From assembly GCA_045539475.1 (NCBI GenBank), contig JAZQFJ010000085.1:22320-86319 (forward strand): 64,000 nucleotides of DNA. Reading direction: 5' to 3'. Position 1 is the first letter of the stretch; the number at the start of each line of letters is the position of its first letter. The notes beneath the pieces were generated by a model. That model saw only the letters and a list, made by a program, of their open reading frames with translations. It was not told where the DNA came from and searched no databases. The stretch is from Eubacteriales bacterium (GTDB taxonomy: Bacteria; Bacillota; Clostridia; Oscillospirales; JAAYXM01). Below are positions 9,171 through 19,400 of the stretch, in pieces. Made by a program: the position numbers and the translations under genes.

Positions 9171-9476
9171 TATAAATCGCATTAAAATATAATATATTAT
9201 TTTCTTTTGCCGAAATACCAATAACACATATAACATTATCTTTACTGTGTGGCACAAAAAATATTTGAAAATAACAACAGAATATAACACATTTAACACA
9301 AATAACAATTAATTTATATTTATATAAGATTTAATAAGTTTTTTTATAAACTTTATAAAGATATATAGCATTATTTAATGTTCATTATTCTGTTATACAT
9401 GTATTATTATCATAAATTTATATCATTATTTGTGCACCACTGCCGGATACGTGTTATATGTGTTAACGCTGTAACT
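9171..9476. other. AT-rich iteron-like tract (candidate replication origin or recombinase/regulator binding array)
   Basis: At least six direct TAACA-core repeats lie between 9221 and 9308. An exact 13-bp inverted pair AACACATATAACA (9223-9235) / TGTTATATGTGTT (9452-9464) is present. No credible ORF. Confidence 0.35.
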
Positions 9477-9551
9477 ATGAGTGGCAGGGGCAGAGCGCTA
9501 CCCGTCATATCCACAATGTGCCTCAAAGTCGCGCAAACGCTGGGATTATAT
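9477..9551 (+). repeat. R1, left copy of the ~75-bp direct repeat
   Basis: Aligns without gaps to 38345-38419. First 19 nt identical, 37/41 over the core, 59/75 overall (hand count). Confidence 0.85.
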
Positions 9552-9591
9552 GAGTTTGCTCTGATTGATTTAAGCGCTTACATAGCCAGTA

Positions 9592-9930
9592 TTATATTTT
9601 CACTCTTATTTCATTGAACATATCAAGCCATTCATGGGTGATGAGAGCATGACCTGCGGGTGTTGGATGAACTCCATCAAACGACCAATATGTCGGGTTG
9701 TTTGGGTTGTAGACAGAATCAAAATTTTCCTGAAGCGGAACAAACGAAAGCCCGAAATTTTCGGCAATACGTTTTGCTGCAACCGCTTTTTCTTCGATAT
9801 CGGCATGGAACTCGGTATAAATAGATTTATGCTTGTCCGTTTCTTCCATCGCTGGTCCGTCAAGGCAGAACGGCTCAAGAATCATTATTTTAATGTCAGG
9901 CAATGCCGTCAGAATCTCTTCAATCAACAT
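9592..9930 (-). pseudogene. SGNH/GDSL hydrolase C-terminal fragment
   Basis: 112 aa containing only the distal SGNH blocks (DGVHPTPAGH catalytic D..H). There is no GDS block, no RBS, and it starts 11 nt after the stop of the upstream gene. Confidence 0.5.
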
Positions 9931-9941
9931 TGAATGGTTTT

Positions 9942-10589
9942 TTAATTTAGGAGTATCAATTCATCATACACAACCGTGTGCTTTTCATCCGGCTCACTGT
10001 GTTCGTGGTTGTGTCCGGAGTACCAGTGCTTGTATGAAACATTATCTTCGATATATTTCTCCAATTCACCGAGTGAGGGGCAGAACGTAGCATCCGGCGG
10101 TGTCTGTTCATATTTGTGCGTAAGTATAAAATCAAACTTGAATTCATTTTCTTTTATTGTTTCATATGCAAGAGAAAGCTCCTTTGACTCCGGCTCTTCG
10201 CCCGGGTAATACAGACCAATCTTATGCCAGCCTTCCGAAGATTTGCATCCACCGAAAACAAAGAAGTTATTTCCTTGTATTTCAAAAGCATTGCCGCGCA
10301 TCAGGTGGACTATATTATCCGACAGGCGATGAACCCTGCCACCGCACCAATCTTCCTCCGGAAAGCTTTTGAGATAATCAAAGTTTTCGTGATTTCCGTC
10401 GACAATGGCTATGTTCTTCTTTATCGAAAGAAAAAAGTCAGTGAATATGCGGTTCTCTTCCGTCTTTTCGAAAGATAATCCTACATCACCGAGTATAATG
10501 AGTAAATCATTATCATCAGCTTTTGAAATATAATCTTCAAGACCTTTAAAATTCCGGTCTCCATGAATATCACTCAGCAGATATATCAT
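9942..10589 (-). CDS. metallophosphoesterase (calcineurin-like)
   Basis: SDIHGD, GDVG and DGNHEN motifs. 215 aa. Confidence 0.85.
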   Translation of the reverse strand: MIYLLSDIHGDRNFKGLEDYISKADDNDLLIILGDVGLSFEKTEENRIFTDFFLSIKKNIAIVDGNHENFDYLKSFPEEDWCGGRVHRLSDNIVHLMRGNAFEIQGNNFFVFGGCKSSEGWHKIGLYYPGEEPESKELSLAYETIKENEFKFDFILTHKYEQTPPDATFCPSLGELEKYIEDNVSYKHWYSGHNHEHSEPDEKHTVVYDELILLN

Positions 10590-11250
10590 CTCGTATCAAC
10601 CGACCTTTTCCGCTTTTTACAAGCTCAACAAATTCTTCACTTGTTTTTATCTCATAATCTGAAATCATTCCGCTTAAAGCATAGTCATTATCTCGGTGAG
10701 CATCGCTTCCGGCTGTTACATAAAGATTATATTCTTTCGCGGTTGCCACAGCCTTTTCGTTGAAGTTTTTGTGACGGGGATTTGAGTTATATGCCTCATA
10801 ACCTTCAACGTTCCGAGGATCGGTTCTTCCGTATCCCTCGCGATATGGGTGAGCTTGAACGACAAGAACTCCGTTTTCTCTCATATATGGAAAAAATTCT
10901 TCTTCAGTGCTTTGACATATATTCGGAAAGTTATAAATTATTTCGGGCGTTATACCGTACAGAAGATAATCTCCCTCAAACTTTTCAAAATGGCATTCCA
11001 CTCCCATGATTACATTTACACCGAGCTTATCGCCCTCTGTCTTTGCATTTCTGTATCCGAGAAAGAAACGGTCTACTGCGTTTTTCCATGAATTGCTGTC
11101 ATATTCGTCAAGATATTTCTGCATAAAATGGTCGGTTACAATAACCGTTTTATATCCTGCCTTATGATAGAATCTTACCATTTGCGCAGCATCTATCTGA
11201 GCACATGGGCTTGATTCCGACGTGTGTAGGTGTGTTTCGATTTTAAACAT
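10570..11250 (-). CDS. PHP-domain phosphoesterase
   Basis: THLHTSESS...QAHPYR...GSDAH motifs. I prefer ATG 11250 (GAGGA RBS) over the GTG at 11265. 20-nt overlap with the downstream gene. Confidence 0.8.
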   Translation of the reverse strand: MFKIETHLHTSESSPCAQIDAAQMVRFYHKAGYKTVIVTDHFMQKYLDEYDSNSWKNAVDRFFLGYRNAKTEGDKLGVNVIMGVECHFEKFEGDYLLYGITPEIIYNFPNICQSTEEEFFPYMRENGVLVVQAHPYREGYGRTDPRNVEGYEAYNSNPRHKNFNEKAVATAKEYNLYVTAGSDAHRDNDYALSGMISDYEIKTSEEFVELVKSGKGRLIRDDISAE

Positions 11251-11297
11251 TTTATCATTCCTCACATTAGTTTGCTTACTATGAATGGTTAGCTTTT

Positions 11298-13175
11298 TTA
11301 CTCAGACAAGAAAACAGTAGCTATTTTTTTGTGAAAATGGACACCAAGAGAAGGTGTTATGTTATCTTCTGCAAGATAGTAAAGCCGTTCCGCTTCAAGT
11401 TCCTCAATTATGTCAATTTCGCCGTTTATATACGCTGTTAGCTTTCTTATTGCCGTTTCAATACGCGCCTTTGTTCCGCCAGTGCGAAGGTCATAAACAT
11501 CAAAGCCGAATGCTTTGTTCTCTGAATTCCAAAGCTTTTCAAACTTATCGCACATATCACGATAATCAACAAGAAGAGTTTTAAGCTCTTCCGTGAGCTT
11601 TTTCAATTCATTAACATCACGATTGTCGTACGCACGTTTTATGTCTATACCGATTTCCGCCTTTTCATAAAGCACTTTTGTGAGGCTTACGTAATAATCA
11701 AACACTTTTTCAAGTCCCGGCTCTGAAATGTTCCGGAGTTCTTCGTGTTTTTTCTTGTAGTATTCTTTGAGTCCGAGTCCTTCAAAGTTTTTGTCGAATA
11801 TGCCACAAAGGATATCTTGATAAATTATTTCGCGTGAAACAGCACTTAATTTGCTTTTTTCTGCAACTGCGGGGATATTGTCGATTTCGAGTGCGAGGAA
11901 ATTATCAAGATTATGCCCTATGCATAGCTTAAACTGCCGTCTTAGATGCTCTGTATCAACCTTTTCGTAGTAGTTGTACTCTGCAAAAAGCTGTATGCCG
12001 CCGAGCATTGTGAGAACGTTCACTTCCGCTCCGTCATCACCCCACATTGTCGTTATTATGGTGTCAAGTCCTTTCTCGTGGCACACATCAAGGGCAGCAC
12101 ATGTTGTATCAAATGTTTTCTGATATCCGGGTCCCATACCGAACCATGTCCACGCACCGCCGACGAAGATGGTGTTTCTCTGCATCTTGAAATGCTTGTC
12201 TATCATAGAGTGATACATTTTCTTATCTGTGTTGTAATAATCCCAATAAGCGAGTGTTATTTCTTCGGGAATTCGCTCATGCATATTCTCGGGGATTTTT
12301 GCATCAAGGTCATAATACCAGCCATTTTTCGAGCCTAAACGGAAGAACATATCACTCCACATGATCGATTCGAATCCATACTTCTTTGAAATCTCACAAA
12401 CACGGGTGAGATGCTTTGATAAAAGCTCAAATCTGTCGCTGTCGCCGTGAAGGTCGTAATACTTGCCGCGCCCTACGAAGTGAGCTTCATCCATGCCAAT
12501 GAGTATTTTGTCCGATGAGTAAGCTGCTTTGACGGATTTAAACATAGCCTCGATAAACTTGTATGTCTTTTCTTCGTCGATAAGAAGAACGTCATCGTCA
12601 TCCCGCATCTCTGCAGCGTAGCTCCAGCGCAGAGTATTTCGCAAATGTGCAAGGGTCTGAATGCAGGGAATCATTTCAATGCCGAGTGCCTTTGCCGCTT
12701 TGTCCATTTCCTGTATTTCTGCTAATGTATATCTGCCGCGCATATATCCAAAATACGGGTATTCTTTTATTTCATATGTATCTTCGGTATAGAGCATAAC
12801 GGTATTCATACCTGCCGATGCCATCTTACCCATAAGCTTGATAACCGTTTCAACTTTTAATACGGCATTTCGTGAGCAATCCAGCATTGCTCCGCAGGCT
12901 TTCATTTTTGGCACTTCTCGTTTGCAGATATCAGTTTCGCCGCTTTCAAGCAGACCTACAAGCGTACAAACAGCACGGAAAAAGTCATTTTTTTCTGCAT
13001 ATGAAATTACGTATTTGCCGTCTTTTCCTTCTATCGAAAGACCACGCACGATTCTTTTTACGGAAACGCTTATATCTCCGGTTTCTCCGAATTTAAAGCC
13101 TCGTGTTTCGGAAACGATTAAAAGACCGTCCCAAAGGTTTTCTATCTCTTTTTTGTTAAAATGCAGTGAAATCAT
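11298..13175 (-). CDS. GH20-like beta-N-acetylhexosaminidase
   Basis: 625 aa. TIM-barrel region AMLDCSRN...MLYTED...CIQTLAHL...IGMDEAH resembles the GH20 catalytic domain with a D-E pair. Confidence 0.7.
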   Translation of the reverse strand: MISLHFNKKEIENLWDGLLIVSETRGFKFGETGDISVSVKRIVRGLSIEGKDGKYVISYAEKNDFFRAVCTLVGLLESGETDICKREVPKMKACGAMLDCSRNAVLKVETVIKLMGKMASAGMNTVMLYTEDTYEIKEYPYFGYMRGRYTLAEIQEMDKAAKALGIEMIPCIQTLAHLRNTLRWSYAAEMRDDDDVLLIDEEKTYKFIEAMFKSVKAAYSSDKILIGMDEAHFVGRGKYYDLHGDSDRFELLSKHLTRVCEISKKYGFESIMWSDMFFRLGSKNGWYYDLDAKIPENMHERIPEEITLAYWDYYNTDKKMYHSMIDKHFKMQRNTIFVGGAWTWFGMGPGYQKTFDTTCAALDVCHEKGLDTIITTMWGDDGAEVNVLTMLGGIQLFAEYNYYEKVDTEHLRRQFKLCIGHNLDNFLALEIDNIPAVAEKSKLSAVSREIIYQDILCGIFDKNFEGLGLKEYYKKKHEELRNISEPGLEKVFDYYVSLTKVLYEKAEIGIDIKRAYDNRDVNELKKLTEELKTLLVDYRDMCDKFEKLWNSENKAFGFDVYDLRTGGTKARIETAIRKLTAYINGEIDIIEELEAERLYYLAEDNITPSLGVHFHKKIATVFLSE

Positions 13176-14637
13176 AGTTTTTCCAATTCCTTTCTCGTGT
13201 GTTTTTTTGCCTATCTGTTTTAAAAACAGGTAAGAGTGAAGTATAGTTTTCTGTGATTACAGTGTCAATTCCGGAATCAAGATGTTTCTTTACGTCTTCC
13301 TGATCTCCTCTATAAAGCATACTGCACTTTATGCCGCTGCTGTGTGCAAGCAAAAGCGCTTCATATGTGTAGGATGACTCATTAAAACAGATTTTTTGAC
13401 AACCAAGGGATTTTGCTGCAGCCACAGCCTGTTTATCGAGTTTTTTCAAGCAAAGGCAAGTTACAAACTGTGGGTGTTTTTCGGAAAAAGTTTTAAGCAC
13501 ATCTTTGCTTTCAGACGAAAAATACACATATTTTTCGCAGTCATACCGATTGATGAGAGAAATAATCTTTTGGATATCTGTTATATTTTCATCTGGGATA
13601 TGTATATTCATAACTGCGTGACAAGAAAATTTTCTGAGAATTTCAGAAAGAAGCCCATCTTCACCCCCGGGTTTTATTTCAAAGGAAATTTCGTTTACAT
13701 CCAGCGCAATGGCAGCGCCGAAATAAGAAAGCATTTCCTCACAGGGAAAATCGGAAGCCGCTTTGGCGCAAAGTCGGGGATAGGACATAACGGCGTCGGG
13801 GAGAGTTATCGCGCTTCCTCCGGGACGGTAGTTCCAAGGACATCTTCCGCGCTCTACGTATTCATAGTGAGCAGCAAATTCGTTGCCAAATCCCGCCGGT
13901 TTATAATATTTTTCTTTCGGGTCAAACTCAACCGTTTCTAATCCTACACGGCTTTTCATATTAAGAAGAACCTCTCCGCAGGGTGAAACAACCATGCTCC
14001 CGCCTCCTGTGCCGGAGTTTTTGTCCATGCTTACAGATGAACGAAGAAGAAATGCGTTGCAGTTATATGCCGCAAAACGAGAAAAAAGCTCGCTTGTATC
14101 ATGCGGGTCGGAGCGCTGGTGAGAACAACCGATAATAATGTCCACATTTTGCCGTGCAATGCATGAGTAAGCCTCATAAAAATAAAAATCATAGCACGTC
14201 AGAAAGGCAAAACGAAGGCCTTCTGCTTCAATTATGTAGGGAGCAGAAGGAGTCAGTGCGTAATCGCACGAAAGTCCGCGGTTTGTCACTTCTCCGCCTG
14301 TGAGATGACGCTTGAAATACTTTCCGAAAAGCTCTCCGCTCCGATCGAAAGCAAAGGTGGTGTTTTTATTTTCTCCTATTCCGTTCACAAAGACAAATGC
14401 ACTACATCGTTTTGCGACCTGTGCCGCCTTTTCGATAAGTGCGGTGTGATAGGTTCTCACGCATTCGCGAAAAGTTTCATTTGAATCCGGCATTACGGGG
14501 ATATCGCCATACTCCGGCATAACAATAATATCGAGGCTTTCGTCGCAAAGGTCAAGCAGAGAAATCTCTGCTTTGAAAAGCTCGGCGGAACGGGAAATAT
14601 CCGTTGAATATTCAGGTTGTATGATTGCTACTTTCAC
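13156..14637 (-). CDS. carbon-nitrogen hydrolase domain fused to a GDPD-like domain
   Basis: The N-terminal ~280 aa are nitrilase-superfamily-like (MPEYG, FLTCYDFYF with Cys). The C-terminal ~200 aa resemble a glycerophosphodiester phosphodiesterase barrel, but the catalytic His is not evident. GTG start overlaps the araC stop by 26 nt. Confidence 0.55.
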   Translation of the reverse strand: MKVAIIQPEYSTDISRSAELFKAEISLLDLCDESLDIIVMPEYGDIPVMPDSNETFRECVRTYHTALIEKAAQVAKRCSAFVFVNGIGENKNTTFAFDRSGELFGKYFKRHLTGGEVTNRGLSCDYALTPSAPYIIEAEGLRFAFLTCYDFYFYEAYSCIARQNVDIIIGCSHQRSDPHDTSELFSRFAAYNCNAFLLRSSVSMDKNSGTGGGSMVVSPCGEVLLNMKSRVGLETVEFDPKEKYYKPAGFGNEFAAHYEYVERGRCPWNYRPGGSAITLPDAVMSYPRLCAKAASDFPCEEMLSYFGAAIALDVNEISFEIKPGGEDGLLSEILRKFSCHAVMNIHIPDENITDIQKIISLINRYDCEKYVYFSSESKDVLKTFSEKHPQFVTCLCLKKLDKQAVAAAKSLGCQKICFNESSYTYEALLLAHSSGIKCSMLYRGDQEDVKKHLDSGIDTVITENYTSLLPVFKTDRQKNTRERNWKNYDFTAF

Positions 14638-15451
14638 TGATAAAAACCTCTTCTTTTCTTTGCTTTTTCAGAAATTCCGTAGGAGACATTCCTGCGTGTT
14701 TTTTGAATACACGTGAGAAGTAATATGGGTTGCAAAAACCTACTTCATTTGCAGTTTGGGAAATGGAAACGAGTTCGCTTCTGAGGAGTTCTTTTGCGCG
14801 CTCGATCTTTTTTGTATTTAAATATTCAACGGGCGATTTGCCGAAATGCTGTTTGAAGATAGCTCGGAAGTACGCTTCTCCAATACCGCACATAGCCGCC
14901 AATTGCTCGATTTTCATATCGCGTTCGCAGTAGTTTTCCTGAATATAAAGAACCGCAGGGTTGAGCAGGTTTGATTTTTTTGACGGCACGTATTCGCGCT
15001 CGGATCCGGTAAGAAGCAACGACAGTATTTCATACAAGTCACGCAGGTTTTTGATTTGATAAAGATGCGGCTTATGAACGAGCCGTTTTTCAATTTTATT
15101 GAATAAAGATATTATCTTGCTGTTGTCGGAAATTTCAAAAAGAAAGAGAGTATCTGCTTCCGATAAAGCCTGAAACTCAATGATGAGGCATTCTCCCTGG
15201 ACAAGACACGAACGGCTGTAAGAAGATCCGCGTGGCAGAATGATAAGATGATTTTTGTCTATTGTATACGAACCAGAGGGAGTCACGTATTCGGTTATGC
15301 CTTCTGCTTTTATAACCAGTGCCCATGTTCTGCGCGAATCGTTTACCGGTCTGTTTTTCGTAACAGGTCCTTCGCCGCTGATGCGTATCGCGGAATATAT
15401 GTCAGAAATTTTAATATCGCTCAGTGTATCGTTTTTTATATCGGTTGTCAT
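14612..15451 (-). CDS. AraC family transcriptional regulator
   Basis: Cupin-like N-terminus plus C-terminal double HTH (FRAIFKQHFGKSPVEYL...ANEVGFCNPYYFSRVFKKHAGMSPTEF). AGGAGG RBS. Confidence 0.9.
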   Translation of the reverse strand: MTTDIKNDTLSDIKISDIYSAIRISGEGPVTKNRPVNDSRRTWALVIKAEGITEYVTPSGSYTIDKNHLIILPRGSSYSRSCLVQGECLIIEFQALSEADTLFLFEISDNSKIISLFNKIEKRLVHKPHLYQIKNLRDLYEILSLLLTGSEREYVPSKKSNLLNPAVLYIQENYCERDMKIEQLAAMCGIGEAYFRAIFKQHFGKSPVEYLNTKKIERAKELLRSELVSISQTANEVGFCNPYYFSRVFKKHAGMSPTEFLKKQRKEEVFISESSNHTT

Positions 15452-15583
15452 AAAGTACCTCCTTTTTGTTTTTGAAAATAATTATGCCGGAAGGTATAGT
15501 CTCAGTATAGAATATTTTAATTTGAAAATCAAGATGGGGAGCAAATAAAGAGTCGCGAATAAGACAAATCCACGAATTGGACA

Positions 15584-15612
15584 TTTACTTTGCTTTATGA
15601 AACGTCTATACT
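15584..15612 (+). promoter_or_regulatory. candidate sigma-A promoter for the EEP/giant-enzyme operon
   Basis: TTTACT, 17-nt spacer, TATACT, about 50 nt upstream of ATG 15664. Pattern match only. Confidence 0.3.
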
Positions 15613-15663
15613 AAAATTAACAAGCGATTACACTTTCTTAACATTTATTTTGCGGAGGCAAAA

Positions 15664-16425
15664 ATGAAGCTTAAACTTATGACTTATAACATATGGGGTG
15701 GAAAATGCTATAAAGAGTATCTCGGCGGAACGCCGGAGGCAGAATGCACGCGCGATACGGCTCCGGTTGCGCAGGTTATAAAAGCGGCCGATGTAGATGT
15801 TGTTTCGCTTAATGAAGTTTTCAACTGTACCGCTTACGGAAACCAGACCGAACAAATTGCGCGCCTTGCCGGTTTTCCGTATTATCACTTTTCGTCTGCG
15901 CTTGAGCGTTCTGTCATAGGTGGATTTTATGGAAATGCAATCATTTCAAAATACCCGATTGTTAAAATTGAAGAAAAAGTGATTGCCGCAGAAACCGGAG
16001 TAAGACTTTCGGAGCAAAGAGTTGTTTTTTGTGCAACGCTTGATTGTAACGGGAAGATGCTTGATGTTATCATAAGTCATTTCGGACTTATCCAAGAAGA
16101 AAAGCAAAGGGCAGCCGATGCGGTGTTGGATTTTGCGAGCAGATCCGGTAACAAATGCGTGTTTATGGGGGATATGAACAGCATTCGTGAGTCGGTCCAC
16201 GCAGAACGGTTAAAGACATCATTTAGTATAGCAAACGAGAAGGATGAGCTTGTGACCTGGCCTGCTGAATATACTCCACCTGAGCGTCAGCACTTTTCTT
16301 CTCCGCTGTGGAACCGTCAGATAGACTTTATTTTTGTCAGTGACGGTATTAGCGTGAACAAAACCGAAGCGATTTATTCGCTTGCATCCGACCACAAGCC
16401 GCTTTGCGCTGATGTCGAGATTTAA
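15664..16425 (+). CDS. endonuclease/exonuclease/phosphatase (EEP) family protein
   Basis: LMTYNIWGG, VVSLNEV, GDMNS and SDHKPL motifs. 253 aa. Confidence 0.85.
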   Translation: MKLKLMTYNIWGGKCYKEYLGGTPEAECTRDTAPVAQVIKAADVDVVSLNEVFNCTAYGNQTEQIARLAGFPYYHFSSALERSVIGGFYGNAIISKYPIVKIEEKVIAAETGVRLSEQRVVFCATLDCNGKMLDVIISHFGLIQEEKQRAADAVLDFASRSGNKCVFMGDMNSIRESVHAERLKTSFSIANEKDELVTWPAEYTPPERQHFSSPLWNRQIDFIFVSDGISVNKTEAIYSLASDHKPLCADVEI

Positions 16426-16451
16426 GAATTTGATGTGAAGGAGAATTTAAA

Positions 16452-19400
16452 ATGAAAATAAGAAAGATCATTAGTATGCTGCTTGCACTCTGTATGCTGA
16501 CAACGCTTCTGCCGTCCGTGGCTTTTGCTGATGGAGAGACAGAGACAACAGTTGACCCGATAGTGGTGGATTTCACGAAAACAACCCTTACCACTAACGT
16601 AAGCGGCAATACGTCTTATGAAGGGCTAACAACTCTCGGTTACGAGATAAACCTCAACAAGAGCACAACAAAAGGCGTTCGCGTAAACTTTGTAGGTAAC
16701 GGACTCAATACTGTTCATGACTGTTACACTACGTATTTTGTTAAGGATAAGGCATGGCCTGTTGCGCCCAAGCTTGACAATTTGATGACTACTATAAACG
16801 TTGAGGTTGCAACTGCAGGTTATTATTCTCCGGAACTGATATACGGAACACACAACTCCTGCGGAGATTTTGCTATATACATAAACGGTCAGTATGCAGG
16901 CGAAATAACCGATGCATGGGATGAAAATGTGACTACGAAAACCGATATGCCGGCTAGAACATTCAATACGGTTTATCTCAAAGAAGGTCCAAACGAAATA
17001 AGCTTTAAGTGCATAGCACATAGAAAGGAAGCTGGTAAGGAAACTCTGAGAGCTCAGTCTTATCTCATTCTTAATAAGCTTACTTTCACTTATTGCGATG
17101 AGACTCTTTCTGCAACTGAGTTTTCCCACACTCTTCCCGCTAGGTCGATGTACTTTGGTCAGACGGCAGATTTCTCCGTTTGTGTAAAAATGAGCGATGG
17201 CTCAACGAAAATTTTCGGTAAATATAATGAAGATGGTTCGGAAATAACAACTCCGTATATTACTCTGTCTGAAACTGACGGAATCGGCGAAATAACCAAT
17301 ATGGTACAAGGGAGCAATACCACAACAGCAACCTTCACTCCCAAGGCTGTAGGTCAAGCTAAGATAATTGCATCTGCGTATATTGGCGAAGAACTATTCG
17401 AAAGAACTATTCTTGTCAATGTTCGTGATGAGCAGCCGTTGGCAAAAGTCATCCTTAACATTGACAAGGATAGCATTCCGGCAACTCGCACAGCTCTTGC
17501 TTCAATCGAATTGTTCGATGACGAGGATGGTCTCTTTACGTCAGAATATGATGTCAAATTTGAAAGTTCAAACCCTGAAGCTGCAACTGTTCTTAAATCG
17601 GAAGAAAACCCAAAAGGCGCCATAATCACAGGTGTGGCAAAGGGCACGGCAACGATAAAGGTAACCGCGAATAAAAAAGGCGAAGATAAGGTAGTAACAG
17701 TTGAAAAACAGATAACCGTTTCTGATCCTCCTGTTATAAAAGAACTCTCTTTGAAATTAGATAAAGAGACTTACAAAATAGGGGAAGAAGGTAGCTTCAC
17801 TCTTAGCGGAACGATGTCCGACGGACTTCCCGCTACTGATGAGGAAGTTGCAAAACTTAATATTACATATGAAAATGACACCGCGGCTGTTATAACCCTT
17901 AATGCCGACGAAAAGAAATTTACAACACTTACCGAAGGTGATGCGGAAATAAGTGCAATAGCAGAGGTTGGCACAAAAAGGATTTTTGCAAGAAAAATTG
18001 TAAGAGTTTTCGCACAGGGAACTTCCGTGATTGCCAATTTCGCAAAGACGCAGCTTGTGGTGGACAAAAGTCTCACCGATTCGGTTACAGAAGGCTTTAA
18101 GATAAACTATGAGAATAGCACAACGCGGGGTGCATACGTTGCTCTCGAAGGTGCAGGTCTTCAGGTTAACCACTGGATTACTCCGGCATCGGCAGGTTAC
18201 GCCTGGCCTGCGTATAAGGATAAGAACCTGATGTTTACAATAAGCGTCGAGGCTGAAAAGGCAGGATATTATTCTTCCGAGCTTATCTACGAAGCCTACA
18301 ACAAAAGTGGAGATTTCATTATATATATAAACGACCAGTTCGCAGGATTCATACAAGCCTATGACGAGACACAGACCAAGGGTGTGCAGCACACTAAAAA
18401 GCTCAATAGTGTTTATTTGGACCGCGGTCCAAACGAAATAAGCTTTAGATGTGCAAAGCATTACAGAAAGGACAGTCTGGGGCGTTTAGACAGCACGTGG
18501 CTCATCCTTGATAAGCTAACGCTCACTCCGTGTGGAGAAGCGCTTTCTGCAAAAAGCTTTTTACATAATCTTCCTGAGAAAATATGTAAAGGGCAGGAGC
18601 TTGATTTTGCACTCTCTGTTAAAATGAGCGACGACTCCACAAAGCTTTTTGGGCAATATAAAGAAGACGGAACGGAGATTACCGAAACTCCCATATCGCT
18701 TGAGGTCGTTTCAGAAAACGGAGTCATAGAAGACATAGAGCAGCTGCAAGATGGAGTAAAAGGGAAGCTTGTTGCACAGGGTTCCGGAACTCTGCAGATA
18801 AAAGCGGTAGCGAATGTCGACGGAAATCTGTTTGAAGATACAATTGAGGTCGAGGTTCTTGATGAAACACTCAATACAACACGTCCTGAAATTTCCGCAA
18901 CGGTATTTAAGGGTGATGTCATAGAACTTAAAACGGTCAACACTCTGACAAACGGAGAAGCTTTGGACCTTCCGGCTTCATATACTGTTTTCTCATCAAG
19001 TAATCCGGACATTGCAAAGATTGATGGCAATATACTTACTGCAGTAGGGGCAGGAACGGTTGCTATCACTGCAACGACAACGCTTGCAGGTGTAACTCAG
19101 ACAGGCTCAATTGAAATAACAATCCTTGATGAAGATGTTAAAACTCTTGATCTTACAGCGGGCGGAAGCCGGCATATCCGATTGACGAATATTGAAGGGG
19201 ACACCGTTCCGATGTTTGTCAAGGGCATTACAAACAAGGGCGCTGAGGTCGAGTTCGCGCCCGGGGATGCGAAAATCACCTATGAAGCACTCAATCCCGA
19301 GGTTGCAACAATAGATGACAATGGTATTATAACGCCCGTTGAACCGGGAAATGCCAAATTCAGGGTTAAAGCGATTTTCCGTGGAAGAGAAATAACGTCT

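Larger units (their letters stand above)
5573..9476. mobile_element. mobile-element replication module (no recombinase)
   Basis: Visibly AT-rich block carrying a primase/helicase NTPase, an RNase H1-HBD-like protein, small ORFs and an iteron-like tract. Boundaries are approximate; the TA pair at 4916-5493 may belong to it. Confidence 0.45.

Noticed and set aside
5506-9437. 10-bp inverted match GGTGCACAAA (5506-5515) / TTTGTGCACC (9428-9437), considered as terminal inverted repeats of the left module.
   Set aside because: A 10-bp match in AT-rich DNA chosen after the fact is within chance expectation for a 64-kb window. The extension beyond 10 bp is poor, and no transposase is present.
9477-9551. 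Minus-strand reading of R1/R2, in which two Cys codons of R2 correspond to TGA in R1 (a possible selenocysteine/Cys pair).
   Set aside because: There is no start codon, no SECIS-like context and no flanking ORF. The plus-strand frame explains the substitution pattern with fewer non-synonymous changes and no internal stops.
9378-9617. Track ORF (79 aa) whose internal ATG at 9477 reads MSGRGRALPVISTMCLKV...IIFSLLFH. I considered it as a small hydrophobic toxin-like peptide encoded by R1, with a counterpart in ORF 38099..38389.
   Set aside because: There is no RBS. The R2 copy stops after 14 codons (MSGRGRVTPDISTI). The substitutions between copies are mostly non-synonymous in this frame. Both ORFs run across terminators and AT-rich DNA.
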